Position numbers and translations under genes: made by a program
The notes under the pieces: model-generated
What the model was told of the DNA's origin: nothing
The model's input: the letters and a program-made list of their open reading frames with translations, nothing else
The model's database searches: none
Assembly (NCBI GenBank): GCA_020348445.1
Contig: CP070751.1
Coordinates: 532,903-596,902 of the forward strand
Length of the DNA stretch: 64,000 bases
Origin: Thermoplasmata archaeon
Lineage (GTDB): Archaea; Thermoplasmatota; Thermoplasmata; GCA-020350865
Direction of reading: 5' to 3'
In this document: one piece after another, positions 1-10,030 of the stretch
Layout of the letters: every line of letters begins with the position of its first letter
Numbering within the stretch: the first letter of the stretch is position 1

Positions 1-10
1 TTCTTGGGAG

Positions 11-3000
11 TTGGCATCAGGAACCACAGATTGGTCTTTCGAATGGGACACCCGCTTATTTTCTGATGGGGATCATACAATATATGTTAGGGGAGTCAAC
101 GGAACAATGTATTCGAAAGTCAAGTCAGTTGAGGTATCGCTTGATAACACCCCCCCGACAACCTCGATTATTGTAGGAGATCCAAAATACCTAAACGGCT
201 CCCAATTGTTCGTCTCTGATTTGACTCAATTCAATTTAAATGCCGCAGACAGCGGAAGCGGATTATTTTATACACGATATCGGATAGTTTACGAGGGAAA
301 CGAGGTTGTGGGTTGGACAATTGGCAATTCATTTACACTTTCGTGGGGTGAGGGCTACTATACGATCCAATACGACAGTGAAGACATGTTAGGAAACAAA
401 GAGGCTACCAATACAACCTTCGCGTATGTGGATTCATCCTCTCCAAAAACCAGTTTACAGATTGGAATGCCAAAATACCGCGACTACTCTTTTCATGTAT
501 TGAATGTTACTAACTCTACACCTTTTACCATATTGCTTTTGGAGGAGGCAAGCTCAGTGGATTTTTTCTGGTACACTATCGATGGGGCATATTTTTTGGG
601 TCAGACCTTTGATTTGACAGGTTTTCTTGACGGTATTCATATAATTACTTGGGGGAGCCAGGATGTCTTCGGCTTTAATGAATCTGGCAATGAAATCAAT
701 GTGACTCTGGATTCAACAGCCCCCGATACATTCTTGGATATTGGTCCTTTAAAATTCCGCGAATTTTCATTTGACTTGTGGAATGTCACATCAGCTACGC
801 AATTCTCCCTTAGCGCGAGCGATACTCATGTTGGCATTAACTTCACATGGTACACCATTGATGGAATCTTTTTTATGGGGGATGAATTTAACCTTACAGG
901 CTTCCTGGGTGGCCTGCATACTATATGCTGGGGTAGCGAGGACCATTTTGGCAATAACGAAACTGACAAATCAAAGGATGTAATTCTTGATTCCGGGCCC
1001 CCGAATACCATAATAGATGTGGGCCTGTCCAAGTTCCGTGGTTCTTCATTTGACTCCTGGAATGTTACTCCATCCACAAAATTTACCCTGAGCTCAATTG
1101 ACGATGCAGCAGGTGTCGATTTCACATGGTATACCATCGATGGAGTCTATTTTGAGGGTACGAGCTTTACAATGGATGGTTTAGACGATGGGCTACATAC
1201 AATAGCAATGGGAGCCATGGACAATTTAGGGAATAATAGATCCGAAGCCGCGATTACGGTTTACCTGGACTCCAGGTCACCTGAATCGAACCTCTCAATC
1301 GGTGAGCCAAAATATCACTTGTCCATAGACGACATCTGGAATGTAACAGAATCCACCTCCTTTTTATTGTCATCCTGGGATGAGCATGCAGGTGTGAAGA
1401 GCATATGGTTCAAGATTGATGGTGTTTACTTTGTAGGTTCTTTATTCAATCTCTCAGGTTATACGAACGGATTTTATACAATTGTCTGGGGTGCAATAGA
1501 TAACCTTGGACATAACGAGACTGGACATTCTACTACCGTATTTTTGGATACTGACTCTCCTTATACGGAACTCGCCATTGATGAGCCAAAACATCGGGAT
1601 AAAGACGGAGATATCTGGAATATATCGACATCCACCACATTTTCACTTTTATCTCTTGATAATCGCTCGGGTGTAAAATTCTCGTGGTTCACCATTAATG
1701 GAATGTATTTTGAAGGCACAGGCTTTAGTCTTTTTGGCTATCCAGAAGGTTATTACATCATCATCTGGGGAAGTGAGGACTTCCTTGGGAATAACGAGAC
1801 AGGAAAAACAGAAACAGTTTATTTAAGCTCAGCCATTCCAACCACCACGTTGGAGATGAATGGGGAAAGATATTGGGACTCGATTAATGATCTATGGATT
1901 GTTACAGATGAAACACTCTTTCTCTTGACACCCGAACCCACGCCTATAGGGATAAACTTCACCTGGTACATGATCGATTCTAATTATTTTGTTGGAGCTC
2001 AATTCTCGCTCTCCGGTATAGAGGAAGGAATTCACAGGATAAAATGGGGAAGTCAAGATACCATGGGTTTCAACGAAACTGAAAACTTCCAGTATGTGAT
2101 TCTGGATTTACAACCTCCAGAGACAAATTTAACCATGGGCAGCCCCAAATATCGAGAACCTGAAGAAGAGGTTTGGGCCGTTAGTAGAAACACTAAATTC
2201 ACAATTATATCCTCGGATAATCACTCTGGAGTATCCTCCATCTGGTACATGATAGATGACGATTTCTTTTTGGGCTCGAGCTTTACATTGGATGGATACG
2301 ATGACGGTCCACATAGGATAAGTTGGGGTGCAGTGGACAATCTCGGCTATAACGAGACAAAACGGGAAATGAATATCTTTATTGACAATGACGGTCCAAC
2401 AGTTACTTTTGAAATCGGGGAACCAAATATTCCCTACAACGATTATATTCTGATAAATTCTTCATCTGCCATATCTTTTAATGATGAGGATTCGGGTGTT
2501 GGTAATACCGTGATTTATTACTCTATTGACGGTGGCATAACATATCAGGTGTACGATTCGCCTTTCACGGTCCCCTACAAAACCATGAGGATCATTTACT
2601 GGGCTGAGGATATCCTGGGCAACAGGGCCAACGAATACGTAATCAACGTGAAGGTGGACAATACTGATACTGATTCTGATAAAATAGATGATATCGTCGA
2701 TACTGATGATGACGGGGACGGTTTACTTGACATCGAAGAAGATATAAATCAAAATGGAATCGTGGATCCTGAAGAGACGGATCCTAAGAACCCAGATACC
2801 GATTATGACGGATATTTGGATGGAGACGATCCTTATCCTTTGGATAAGAGTGACTGGGAAGGGGAACAAGAATCCGTTTCTGTATTCCTCATACTCATTA
2901 TCCTTGTGATTGTGGTATTTGCTATCCTCTTTATCTTCATCATGATCATGGATAGGGACAGCATGGCAAAAACCCAATGGACTTTCCCTGCCCACCCACA

Positions 3001-3364
3001 AGTTCCTGGTCAAGGGGGATATGAACGGACTGGCCAACAAGAGACAGGTGTTAATATCCAAAAAGAGCAGGCTGAGTCAATAGGTGAAGAGGAGATTGCA
3101 TTTGAACCCCATGATGAGGAATCCTATGAAGAGGAGGTCGAGTTTGAGCCCCATGATGAACCGACTGAAGAGGAAGTCGAATTTGAGCCGCATGATGAAG
3201 AATCCTATGAAGAGGAGGTCGAGTTTGAACCACATGACGAACCGACTGAAGAGGAAGTTGAGTTTGAGCCCCACGATGAACCGGATGAGGAAGTTCAATT
3301 TGAACCGCATGATGAACTATCTGAAGGGGAGGGGGAAGAGGAGCCTCCACCTCCTGATGATTAA
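11..3364 (+). CDS. Large membrane-anchored surface protein (probably 5'-partial): about 9 Ig-like repeats, Ca-binding TSP3-like DxDxDG repeats, one TM helix, acidic repeat tail
   Basis: About 95-aa repeats of type DxxxPxTxLxIGxPKY...WNVT...WYxIDG...WGSxDxLGxNET. DTDSDKIDD/DTDDDGDG/DTDYDGYLD motifs. Hydrophobic VFLILIILVIVVFAILFIFIMI segment. Six FEPHDE repeats. The ORF begins at the window edge with TTG, so the true start may lie upstream. Confidence 0.8.
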   Translation: MASGTTDWSFEWDTRLFSDGDHTIYVRGVNGTMYSKVKSVEVSLDNTPPTTSIIVGDPKYLNGSQLFVSDLTQFNLNAADSGSGLFYTRYRIVYEGNEVVGWTIGNSFTLSWGEGYYTIQYDSEDMLGNKEATNTTFAYVDSSSPKTSLQIGMPKYRDYSFHVLNVTNSTPFTILLLEEASSVDFFWYTIDGAYFLGQTFDLTGFLDGIHIITWGSQDVFGFNESGNEINVTLDSTAPDTFLDIGPLKFREFSFDLWNVTSATQFSLSASDTHVGINFTWYTIDGIFFMGDEFNLTGFLGGLHTICWGSEDHFGNNETDKSKDVILDSGPPNTIIDVGLSKFRGSSFDSWNVTPSTKFTLSSIDDAAGVDFTWYTIDGVYFEGTSFTMDGLDDGLHTIAMGAMDNLGNNRSEAAITVYLDSRSPESNLSIGEPKYHLSIDDIWNVTESTSFLLSSWDEHAGVKSIWFKIDGVYFVGSLFNLSGYTNGFYTIVWGAIDNLGHNETGHSTTVFLDTDSPYTELAIDEPKHRDKDGDIWNISTSTTFSLLSLDNRSGVKFSWFTINGMYFEGTGFSLFGYPEGYYIIIWGSEDFLGNNETGKTETVYLSSAIPTTTLEMNGERYWDSINDLWIVTDETLFLLTPEPTPIGINFTWYMIDSNYFVGAQFSLSGIEEGIHRIKWGSQDTMGFNETENFQYVILDLQPPETNLTMGSPKYREPEEEVWAVSRNTKFTIISSDNHSGVSSIWYMIDDDFFLGSSFTLDGYDDGPHRISWGAVDNLGYNETKREMNIFIDNDGPTVTFEIGEPNIPYNDYILINSSSAISFNDEDSGVGNTVIYYSIDGGITYQVYDSPFTVPYKTMRIIYWAEDILGNRANEYVINVKVDNTDTDSDKIDDIVDTDDDGDGLLDIEEDINQNGIVDPEETDPKNPDTDYDGYLDGDDPYPLDKSDWEGEQESVSVFLILIILVIVVFAILFIFIMIMDRDSMAKTQWTFPAHPQVPGQGGYERTGQQETGVNIQKEQAESIGEEEIAFEPHDEESYEEEVEFEPHDEPTEEEVEFEPHDEESYEEEVEFEPHDEPTEEEVEFEPHDEPDEEVQFEPHDELSEGEGEEEPPPPDD
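3086..3316 (+). repeat. Coding tandem repeat, six copies of EE(E)xxFEPHDE with alternating ESY/PT spacers
   Basis: Read directly in DNA (units such as gaagaggaggtcgagtttgagccccatgatga) and in the translation. Confidence 0.9.
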
Positions 3365-3525
3365 GAATTTGAATCCATTATGCTCGTGATGAGAATATAA
3401 AGTTCAAGTCCCACAAGGAAAAGATCGGATTCGAGCTGGCCAAATAGATCATAAATTTTCTTATCTGCAACTTTTATTACCACGCAACACATACCCCAAC
3501 TCGACGATATGAGGTGGTTGGGAAT

Positions 3526-4410
3526 ATGATCACAGAAAATGTAGTGAAACAAGCTACTTTTGAGCTTTTAAGAAATGCCGTGACCGTTTTGCCAAGGGAT
3601 ATAAATGAGGCCCTTAAAAAAGCCTATGAAACTGAGGAGGAGGCCATACCCAAGATGCAACTTAAGAATATACTCGATAACATCGAACTGGCAAAAGCTG
3701 GTCCCCTCCCCATGTGCCAGGACACCGGCATCCATATTTTCTATGTGACATATGGGAAAGATATGATTATGAAAGTCGAGGAAGCGATAAAAGATGGCCT
3801 GAGGGAGGCCACAAAATCGGTTCCACTTCGACCAAATGCTGTACATCCTCTGACAAGGAACAATCCAGGGGATAACACGGGATTGAAAATGCCCTACATA
3901 AACTACCGTTTCTCGGATGAGGACTTCTTAGAAATCGCAGTGATGCCAAAAGGAGCAGGTTCTGAAAACATGAGCGCATTGAAGATGCTAACTCCATCTC
4001 AAGGTCTTGCCGGTATAAAGGAATTTGTTTTGAACACCATGGTAAATGCGGGGGGAAAACCCTGTCCTCCCACAATAATAGGAATGGGCATAGGAGGTTC
4101 TGCAGACATATCAATGAAGCTTGCCAAGGAAGCGCTCCTAAGACCTGTTAACGCACCTAACAAGGACCCCCAAATCGCAGAGCTGGAAAAGGACCTTTAT
4201 GAGGCCATAAATACCCTGGGAATTGGACCAATGGGCCTTGGTGGAAAGACCACTGTATTGGGTGTTAACATCGAATATGCATACTGCCATACAGCGAGCC
4301 TGCCAGTGGCTGTGAATATTCAGTGCTGGGCAGCGAGAAGGGCCACTGCAAGGATTCACAAAGATGGTTCAATTGAGCATATCACCCATCCCAAGGAGGG
4401 AGAAATATGA
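3526..4410 (+). CDS. Fe-S hydro-lyase (fumarate hydratase/tartrate dehydratase), alpha subunit
   Basis: PMCQDTG, KGAGSEN, KPCPP, GIGPMGLGG and HTASLPVAVNIQCWA motifs. Start placed at ATG 3526, downstream of the GAGGTG RBS at 3511. Confidence 0.92.
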   Translation: MITENVVKQATFELLRNAVTVLPRDINEALKKAYETEEEAIPKMQLKNILDNIELAKAGPLPMCQDTGIHIFYVTYGKDMIMKVEEAIKDGLREATKSVPLRPNAVHPLTRNNPGDNTGLKMPYINYRFSDEDFLEIAVMPKGAGSENMSALKMLTPSQGLAGIKEFVLNTMVNAGGKPCPPTIIGMGIGGSADISMKLAKEALLRPVNAPNKDPQIAELEKDLYEAINTLGIGPMGLGGKTTVLGVNIEYAYCHTASLPVAVNIQCWAARRATARIHKDGSIEHITHPKEGEI

Positions 4411-5009
4411 CTGAGTTTTCGTTGAGTACACCTTTGGATGAGGCAGCAATCAGGCAATTAAATATCGGGGATGTGGTTTATTTAAATGGAACGATTTTCA
4501 CAGGAAGAGATGAGGTACATATCCACGCATTGAAGTTACTCAATGAAGGTAAAGATATTCCCGTGGAATTAAAGGATGCTGCGCTTTTCCATTGTGGACC
4601 AATAATGCAAAAAGAACATGAGAAATGGCATCTTGTGGCTGCTGGGCCCACCACAAGCTCCCGTATGAACTCTTTGGAACCTGAATTTATATCAAAATTT
4701 GGTGTAAGGGCAATTATCGGTAAAGGTGGTATGTCGAAACCAACTTTGGATGTAATGGGAGATTTTGGATGTGTGTACCTGGCGATAACAGGAGGAGCAG
4801 CACTTCTTGCCGCCAAAGGCATAAAGAATGTATTAGGTGTGCATTGGCTTGATCTGGGTATGCCCGAGGCTCTTTGGGTTTTGGAGAGCCAAAATTTTGG
4901 ACCGTTGATCGTCGCCATGGATAGTCATGGAAAAAGCCTATACGAGAAGGTCAGAAGTGATACCGAGAGAAATATGGAGGATGTGAGAAAAATATTAAAA
5001 TTGGACTAA
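4407..5009 (+). CDS. Fe-S hydro-lyase (fumarate hydratase/tartrate dehydratase), beta subunit
   Basis: TGRDEVH, HCGP, GPTTSSRM, IIGKGG and MPEALW motifs. ATGA overlap with the alpha subunit. Confidence 0.92.
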   Translation: MTEFSLSTPLDEAAIRQLNIGDVVYLNGTIFTGRDEVHIHALKLLNEGKDIPVELKDAALFHCGPIMQKEHEKWHLVAAGPTTSSRMNSLEPEFISKFGVRAIIGKGGMSKPTLDVMGDFGCVYLAITGGAALLAAKGIKNVLGVHWLDLGMPEALWVLESQNFGPLIVAMDSHGKSLYEKVRSDTERNMEDVRKILKLD

Positions 5010-5012
5010 GTT

Positions 5013-5531
5013 TCAGCGGGCCTTCCATGATTCTATGAAGCTCTCCACGATATTATCCAAGAATGAGGGTCTGTAAGTGATAAGAACGTTGGCGATGGCC
5101 TCCTCATCCACAGCTTTATATATTGTCGTTCTACCCTTTTTCTTCTTTTCGATGATCTCCTTTTTCACCAACTTGTTCAGATGATATGCCAGCTTGGAGG
5201 GAGCCAGTTCGAATTTGCTGGCAATTTCGTTAAACTGCGAGTCTGGGTTGAGCATCAGAAAAAGGACCAACCCCCTTGCCGTCTCGTTTCGAAGACATGC
5301 AAGAATCCTTTTTTCACTCCCTTTTACCTTACCGACGATATAATAGCGTTTCAAATTCCCGTCATGGATGGACACCAATAAGTCATGTTTGATCATATAA
5401 TTCAGCTGATAATTTAAATTACCACTGGATATCTCAAGTCTACGCAAAATCTCCCTGAAATGAAGACCTGGGAAATTTGAAATGAGATCGAAAATATCTC
5501 TTCTGGTCTCCAAATCAACTTCTTTTGCCAT
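5013..5531 (-). CDS. Archaeal double winged-HTH transcriptional regulator (ArsR-like)
   Basis: PGLHFREILRRLEISSGNLNYQL and PDSQFNEIASKFELAPSKLAYHLNKLV are two HTH-like units. ATG at 5531. Confidence 0.8.
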   Translation of the reverse strand: MAKEVDLETRRDIFDLISNFPGLHFREILRRLEISSGNLNYQLNYMIKHDLLVSIHDGNLKRYYIVGKVKGSEKRILACLRNETARGLVLFLMLNPDSQFNEIASKFELAPSKLAYHLNKLVKKEIIEKKKKGRTTIYKAVDEEAIANVLITYRPSFLDNIVESFIESWKAR

Positions 5532-5657
5532 ATTCAATGTTCTCCCGAGCTCTTCCCCCTAAAGTTCCCAAAAATCACGGTCAAACACATGATATTTCCC
5601 CGCAAATGTCCTCTTTCACATTTACCATCAATCCATTCATAGGAATCCAACGTCACT

Positions 5658-5984
5658 TCACTTAGCATCTTTGTTTTGGTTCTTCTTGGATTCGGACTCT
5701 GACTTTTCCCTGCTTTTCGGCGGAGTCAAAATCCAAAAGAACAAGAATATAAGGATGGCAGCATCGAAAAAGACACTGTAAGTAAGGAGGTCCGATTCGT
5801 CTTTAAAAGATGATGTAAAGATGGATAGGGTCAAGATGATACCCTTTACAAGAAAAATCAAGAACACCAGGGCTGCAAACAGTATTCCCCTGGATCTTTC
5901 CCTTTTGTAGGCAAGGGCACTTATTATTAAAAGCACGAAAGCCAACACCGTTACCATGGCTACTGCTATTTCAAAACCTTCCAT
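5658..5984 (-). CDS. Small 3-TM membrane protein, co-oriented with the wHTH regulator
   Basis: Three hydrophobic helices and a basic tail. GGATGTG RBS upstream. Confidence 0.7.
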   Translation of the reverse strand: MEGFEIAVAMVTVLAFVLLIISALAYKRERSRGILFAALVFLIFLVKGIILTLSIFTSSFKDESDLLTYSVFFDAAILIFLFFWILTPPKSREKSESESKKNQNKDAK

Positions 5985-6058
5985 TTTATCACATCCTTTG
6001 ATAAGGAATTGATAATAAATAGACTTTTTGGGGTCTTTATCTCCCTATCCAGAAGTGG

Positions 6059-6589
6059 CTAAAATGTATGGAAGGCCAGCTTGGAATCATTGGATTTTTT
6101 TATTATTTGTATCCCATCCCCCACATATGCGTTTTGAACCATGAACTCATCGTCAGGATCCAACCTACCATTTTTATTTTTATCGTGAAAGATGCACCGA
6201 AGATCACCTTGGGTTTCCACCACAATACCGTCTGTTAATACTTCAGTGCTATTTGAACTATCGGTGCCAGCATCCCTTAGAACCAGTTTAACCTCCGATA
6301 AATCCACGTTCACATCCCTTACGTTGCCAGAATATGAATCCATAACATCCTGATCCCTGTAGAAAACCATATTCTTGGTGGGATTGGGATTGTTCTGCCC
6401 AGAGAATATCACTGTGGAGACGAACAAGATGATGATGATAATGGCAACGACCAACAATTTCAAGTTGGTTTTTTGCTTTGGGGCAGAAACTTCATCTACC
6501 TTTGCTTTATCCTCTCTCTCTTCCTCCCTCTCTTCCTCCCCTTCTTCCTTTACCTCTTCATCCTCTTTGTTTTCCGAATTCTCCATCAT
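6059..6589 (-). CDS. Hypothetical single-pass membrane protein with an acidic N-terminus and an EF-hand-like loop
   Basis: Glu-rich N-terminus, LLVVAIIIIILFVSTVIF TM helix, DKNKNGRLDPDD loop. Confidence 0.7.
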   Translation of the reverse strand: MMENSENKEDEEVKEEGEEEREEEREDKAKVDEVSAPKQKTNLKLLVVAIIIIILFVSTVIFSGQNNPNPTKNMVFYRDQDVMDSYSGNVRDVNVDLSEVKLVLRDAGTDSSNSTEVLTDGIVVETQGDLRCIFHDKNKNGRLDPDDEFMVQNAYVGDGIQIIKKSNDSKLAFHTF

Positions 6590-6631
6590 ATCACGAAAGA
6601 ATTGTTTTTTTCGAATTTCATTCTATTTTAC

Positions 6632-7444
6632 TTATTCCACAACCACAGCCCCGTAGCCAACAACATCCCTCATCTCCATAACATCGCCGGAAGTGGAATA
6701 CTTTAATAAACTGGCCTTGCTGCCATTTACAGCCTCTATCATGGCCATGACTGGGCCGTAACCGCACATGGAGATATTGTATTTATCTACAGTCTTGTAC
6801 AATGACTTTGCATCCAAATTGATGATGGCATCGATTGCCATCTTATCCTTCTTTTCAGCCATCTCCTTGGGGACATAATGTGAAAAATCGGTTGAGGCGA
6901 TCACAACCACATCCTTACCCTCGATAGCCTTGGAGATAATGATCCCCACTTCTTTTGCCATCTTGTAGGTTTGATGACCAATGCATAATGGAACGAATTT
7001 GATATCTGGTTTAAGAAACTGCAAAAACGGCAACTGCACCTCTATCGAGTGCTCATTTCTGTGGGCCATCAAATCGTTATCGATGACACCTGTGTGAAGT
7101 TTCTGTGCTAATTCCATATCAATGGCCACATCGCCAAGAGGGGTATTGAATTCCTCAGTTGTTATGGCAATAGGGCTTCCAAAACCACCATGCTTTGGGC
7201 CTATTACTATGAATGTATCTGGGAAGCCATCTTTTGCCAAAGCAGTGCACACATGTGCCGCAACAGGCCCAGAAAACATATAGCCCGCATGGGGCATTAC
7301 AGCTCCTTTGATATTTCTTTCCCCACTCTTCAGTTCTGGTATCTCCCCAGGGCCCAATCTGTGAAGAAAACATGCCTCAATCTGCTTTCTTAGCGCACCT
7401 TCCTTTCCCTCATAAAACTGTCCTGCCACAGCCGGGTATCTCAT
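6632..7444 (-). CDS. MEMO1 family protein (AmmeMemoRadiSam protein B)
   Basis: RYPAVAGQFY, PHAGYMFSG, EHSIEVQLPFLQ, ASTDFSHY and SMCGYGP motifs. Confidence 0.92.
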   Translation of the reverse strand: MRYPAVAGQFYEGKEGALRKQIEACFLHRLGPGEIPELKSGERNIKGAVMPHAGYMFSGPVAAHVCTALAKDGFPDTFIVIGPKHGGFGSPIAITTEEFNTPLGDVAIDMELAQKLHTGVIDNDLMAHRNEHSIEVQLPFLQFLKPDIKFVPLCIGHQTYKMAKEVGIIISKAIEGKDVVVIASTDFSHYVPKEMAEKKDKMAIDAIINLDAKSLYKTVDKYNISMCGYGPVMAMIEAVNGSKASLLKYSTSGDVMEMRDVVGYGAVVVE

Positions 7445-7508
7445 ATTCTACCTCCGTCCCTTTGATTATGAAATATCTAAAAAACAATATACATTTTGAG
7501 GTATAAAA

Positions 7509-8123
7509 CTATAGTGATGCTTCAAAGTCCTCCATGGTGGGGGTGAAATCCTCATCTTTCTCTATTGCGCCTTTTAATTTTAGAAATTCTCTTGTGAGTA
7601 TCCAATAGACGGCCGCAAGTGCCATCCTTCCCTTGTTGTTTGCAGGGATTATCAAATCCACATTTCTTGTTTCATTGTTTGCATCACAAATTCCAACAAC
7701 TGGTATGCCGATGTTCACAGCTTCCCTTAGTGCTTGCTGATCGGCAGCAGGGTCGGTCACCATCAACACATCAGGTTCCATGTATGTGGGCAGCAGGGGA
7801 TTGGTCAGGGTGCCTGGAACGAATCTTCCGGGTATTACCATGACCTTGGTATGTTGGGCAAATACCTTGACAGGTTTTTGGCCGTACTGTCTTGTGGAAA
7901 CCACGAGTATCTTTTTAGGCTCATATCTCGAGAGAAACCTCGATGCTTCCCGAAGGCGAGTATCAGTCTGTTTTACATCTAAAACGTAAAGGCCATCTGT
8001 ACGAACCCTGAAAATGAATGGTTTCATATCTGCGCTCTTTTGTTGAGTACCTATATGAACCCCTGCAGTCAGATAAACATCCTCAGTCACCAATAAAGGC
8101 TCTCCTTTAATTTCTTCTTCCAA
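7509..8123 (-). CDS. rps2: 30S ribosomal protein S2 (uS2)
   Basis: [24 protein letters not shown] and IPANNKGR motifs. Confidence 0.97.
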   Translation of the reverse strand: MEEEIKGEPLLVTEDVYLTAGVHIGTQQKSADMKPFIFRVRTDGLYVLDVKQTDTRLREASRFLSRYEPKKILVVSTRQYGQKPVKVFAQHTKVMVIPGRFVPGTLTNPLLPTYMEPDVLMVTDPAADQQALREAVNIGIPVVGICDANNETRNVDLIIPANNKGRMALAAVYWILTREFLKLKGAIEKDEDFTPTMEDFEASL

Positions 8124-8124
8124 A

Positions 8125-9339
8125 TCAACCCTCCGATTGTATGATTTCCTCTTCTATTCTTATCAATTCATTTAGCTTGGCGGTCCTTTCCCCCCCAACC
8201 ACCCCTGTCTTTATGGCATGACAACCGAAGGCAACAGCCAAATGGGCTATTGTAGAATCTGTTGTCTCACCACTTCGGTGAGAGACTACGGTCTTATAAC
8301 CATTTTCATGGGCCACTTTGATGGTTTCTATTGTCCTGGTCAGCGTACCAACCTGATTGGGCTTGATTAGAACTGCATTGGTCGCGCCCATTTGGATGCC
8401 GTTTTTTAACCTATTTACGTCAGTTACGAACAGATCGTCACCTACGATGGTGCATTTACTACCCACGGCCTTTGTTAGTTTGGAATACCCTTCGAAATCC
8501 TCCTGATCCAGAGGATCTTCCACCAGATTTAGCTCATAATTATCGATAAGATGCGTTACAAATTCTATCTGATCTTCAGTGTTCAATTTTCCGTTCTTGT
8601 AATGATAATAACCATCTTTGAAAAGTTCTGAGGCCGCGATGTCCAAGCACGGTCTGATTGAAAAACCGGCTGTATCTGATACTTCCTTGCACGCGTCAGC
8701 AACAAGCTCCAATGCCTCCTCATTATCCATCTTCGCAACCCAGGCACCTTCATCTCCCTTGCCGATGGCTGAATCTGGAAACTTATCCTTCAACCTTTTT
8801 TTTACGTGTGCATGAACCTGGGCATTAGCGAAAATGGATTCTTTTGCTGTTTTCCCCAGGGCAATGGCCGAGTACTCCTGAATATCTGTTCCACCCACCG
8901 CGTGCTTTCCTCCCCCTAAAACATTGCCCAAGGGATAAGGTGTTCTTTTGGCAAATGCTCCACCTAAATAATGATATAACGGAAGTCCCAGGACAAATGC
9001 AGCGGCCTTGGCATTTGCAAGGGAAGTTGCCACAGACACGTTACCGCCCATATTTGAGAAGTTATCTGAGCCGTCGAGCTCGACCAAAATAGAATCTATT
9101 TCTTCCTGCTCTATCACATCCATATCAATTAGCTTTGGTGCAACGTTCTCTTGGAAATTCTGTATAGCGAAATCCACTCCTTTCGTGGGAAATGCCGTAA
9201 CTTCATTTGCCCCTGTGCTTGCTCCACTTGGTGCCGAGGCTGTGCCAAAACCACTTTGGGTATATATGTCCACTTCAACTGTGGGATTGCCCCTGCTGTC
9301 AAGAATCTTTCTTATGGCAACCTCCGTGATTTGCGTCAA
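8125..9339 (-). CDS. eno: Enolase
   Basis: [42 protein letters not shown] and IKTG motifs. Confidence 0.97.
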   Translation of the reverse strand: MTQITEVAIRKILDSRGNPTVEVDIYTQSGFGTASAPSGASTGANEVTAFPTKGVDFAIQNFQENVAPKLIDMDVIEQEEIDSILVELDGSDNFSNMGGNVSVATSLANAKAAAFVLGLPLYHYLGGAFAKRTPYPLGNVLGGGKHAVGGTDIQEYSAIALGKTAKESIFANAQVHAHVKKRLKDKFPDSAIGKGDEGAWVAKMDNEEALELVADACKEVSDTAGFSIRPCLDIAASELFKDGYYHYKNGKLNTEDQIEFVTHLIDNYELNLVEDPLDQEDFEGYSKLTKAVGSKCTIVGDDLFVTDVNRLKNGIQMGATNAVLIKPNQVGTLTRTIETIKVAHENGYKTVVSHRSGETTDSTIAHLAVAFGCHAIKTGVVGGERTAKLNELIRIEEEIIQSEG

Positions 9340-9348
9340 AACTCTCCC

Positions 9349-9522
9349 TCAGATATCTCTTAACGCGTTAATGGGAATAATCCCTTTTCTATATTCCCTC
9401 TCCGCCAACTCAACAGGGCTTATTATTCCCTTCTTTTCCCTGATTAACAACGGTGCACCCATTGTTATCTGTAATGCCCGAGCACCTATTATTCTCGCCT
9501 TCTCGAATCTTGTATGTTTCAT
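9349..9522 (-). CDS. rpoK: RNA polymerase subunit K (Rpo6); 57 aa, not in the ORF track
   Basis: Hand translation MKHTRFEKARIIGARALQITMGAPLLIREKKGIISPVELAEREYRKGIIPINALRDI*. The TRFEKARIIGARALQI signature is present, and the gene sits directly upstream of eno. Confidence 0.95.
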   Translation of the reverse strand: MKHTRFEKARIIGARALQITMGAPLLIREKKGIISPVELAEREYRKGIIPINALRDI

Positions 9523-9660
9523 TTTTACCAGCCCAAAGTCGGATTATACAATGAAATGGATGGGTATACCCCTAATAAAGAGGCTATAGATAAATGTTTT
9601 GCAGTTTGAATGAAAAAGATGATTATTAATCTTCACTTTCATTTTATATCTTTGATTATT

Positions 9661-9693
9661 GGGTGGGCGGAGGGGGTAATGGAAGGAGGGAGG
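9661..9693 (+). other. Intergenic G-rich tract with four G3+ runs (possible G-quadruplex)
   Basis: gggtgggcggagggggtaatggaaggagggagg in otherwise AT-rich DNA. Confidence 0.35.
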
Positions 9694-9782
9694 AAAAACA
9701 ACATATTGCCTACCATTAAATAAAAATGATAACTACAATAGAGAGGTAGGATTAAATAATAAATAGGTCATAAACTTATTAT

Positions 9783-10025
9783 ATGCCTCTCCCAAGAGAA
9801 ATTCTAAATGAACTCAAATGGCGCGAGGATAGAAACCTGTCTTCTACAGAGATATGGTATGTTCACAGGGGCGCTGCCAACGATACAAAGATAGTATCAG
9901 GTGGCGAGATTTTGGATTTGGAGCATTCGTTCATGATTTTAGAGGATGCATCCATCCCCTATCATAGAATTTTTAAAATCGTGTACGAGGGAGAGGTTAT
10001 ATTTGAAAGAGAAAAAAGAAAGTGA
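9783..10025 (+). CDS. DUF504 / MJ1316-like small protein
   Basis: REILNELKW, YVHRGA and IPYHRIFKI motifs. Confidence 0.85.
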   Translation: MPLPREILNELKWREDRNLSSTEIWYVHRGAANDTKIVSGGEILDLEHSFMILEDASIPYHRIFKIVYEGEVIFEREKRK

Positions 10026-10030
10026 TATTA

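Noticed and set aside
3086-3316. Regular DNA repeats as a CRISPR array
   Set aside because: They are in-frame coding repeats with synonymous variation, no unique spacers and no cas genes.
9008-9589. 193-aa + strand ORF
   Set aside because: It is antisense to eno and rpoK, which are well supported; a shadow ORF.
9523-9782. tRNA gene upstream of rpoK (and in other spacers)
   Set aside because: No cloverleaf or T-loop GTTCRANTC in a suitable context was found by eye; tRNAscan-SE would be decisive.
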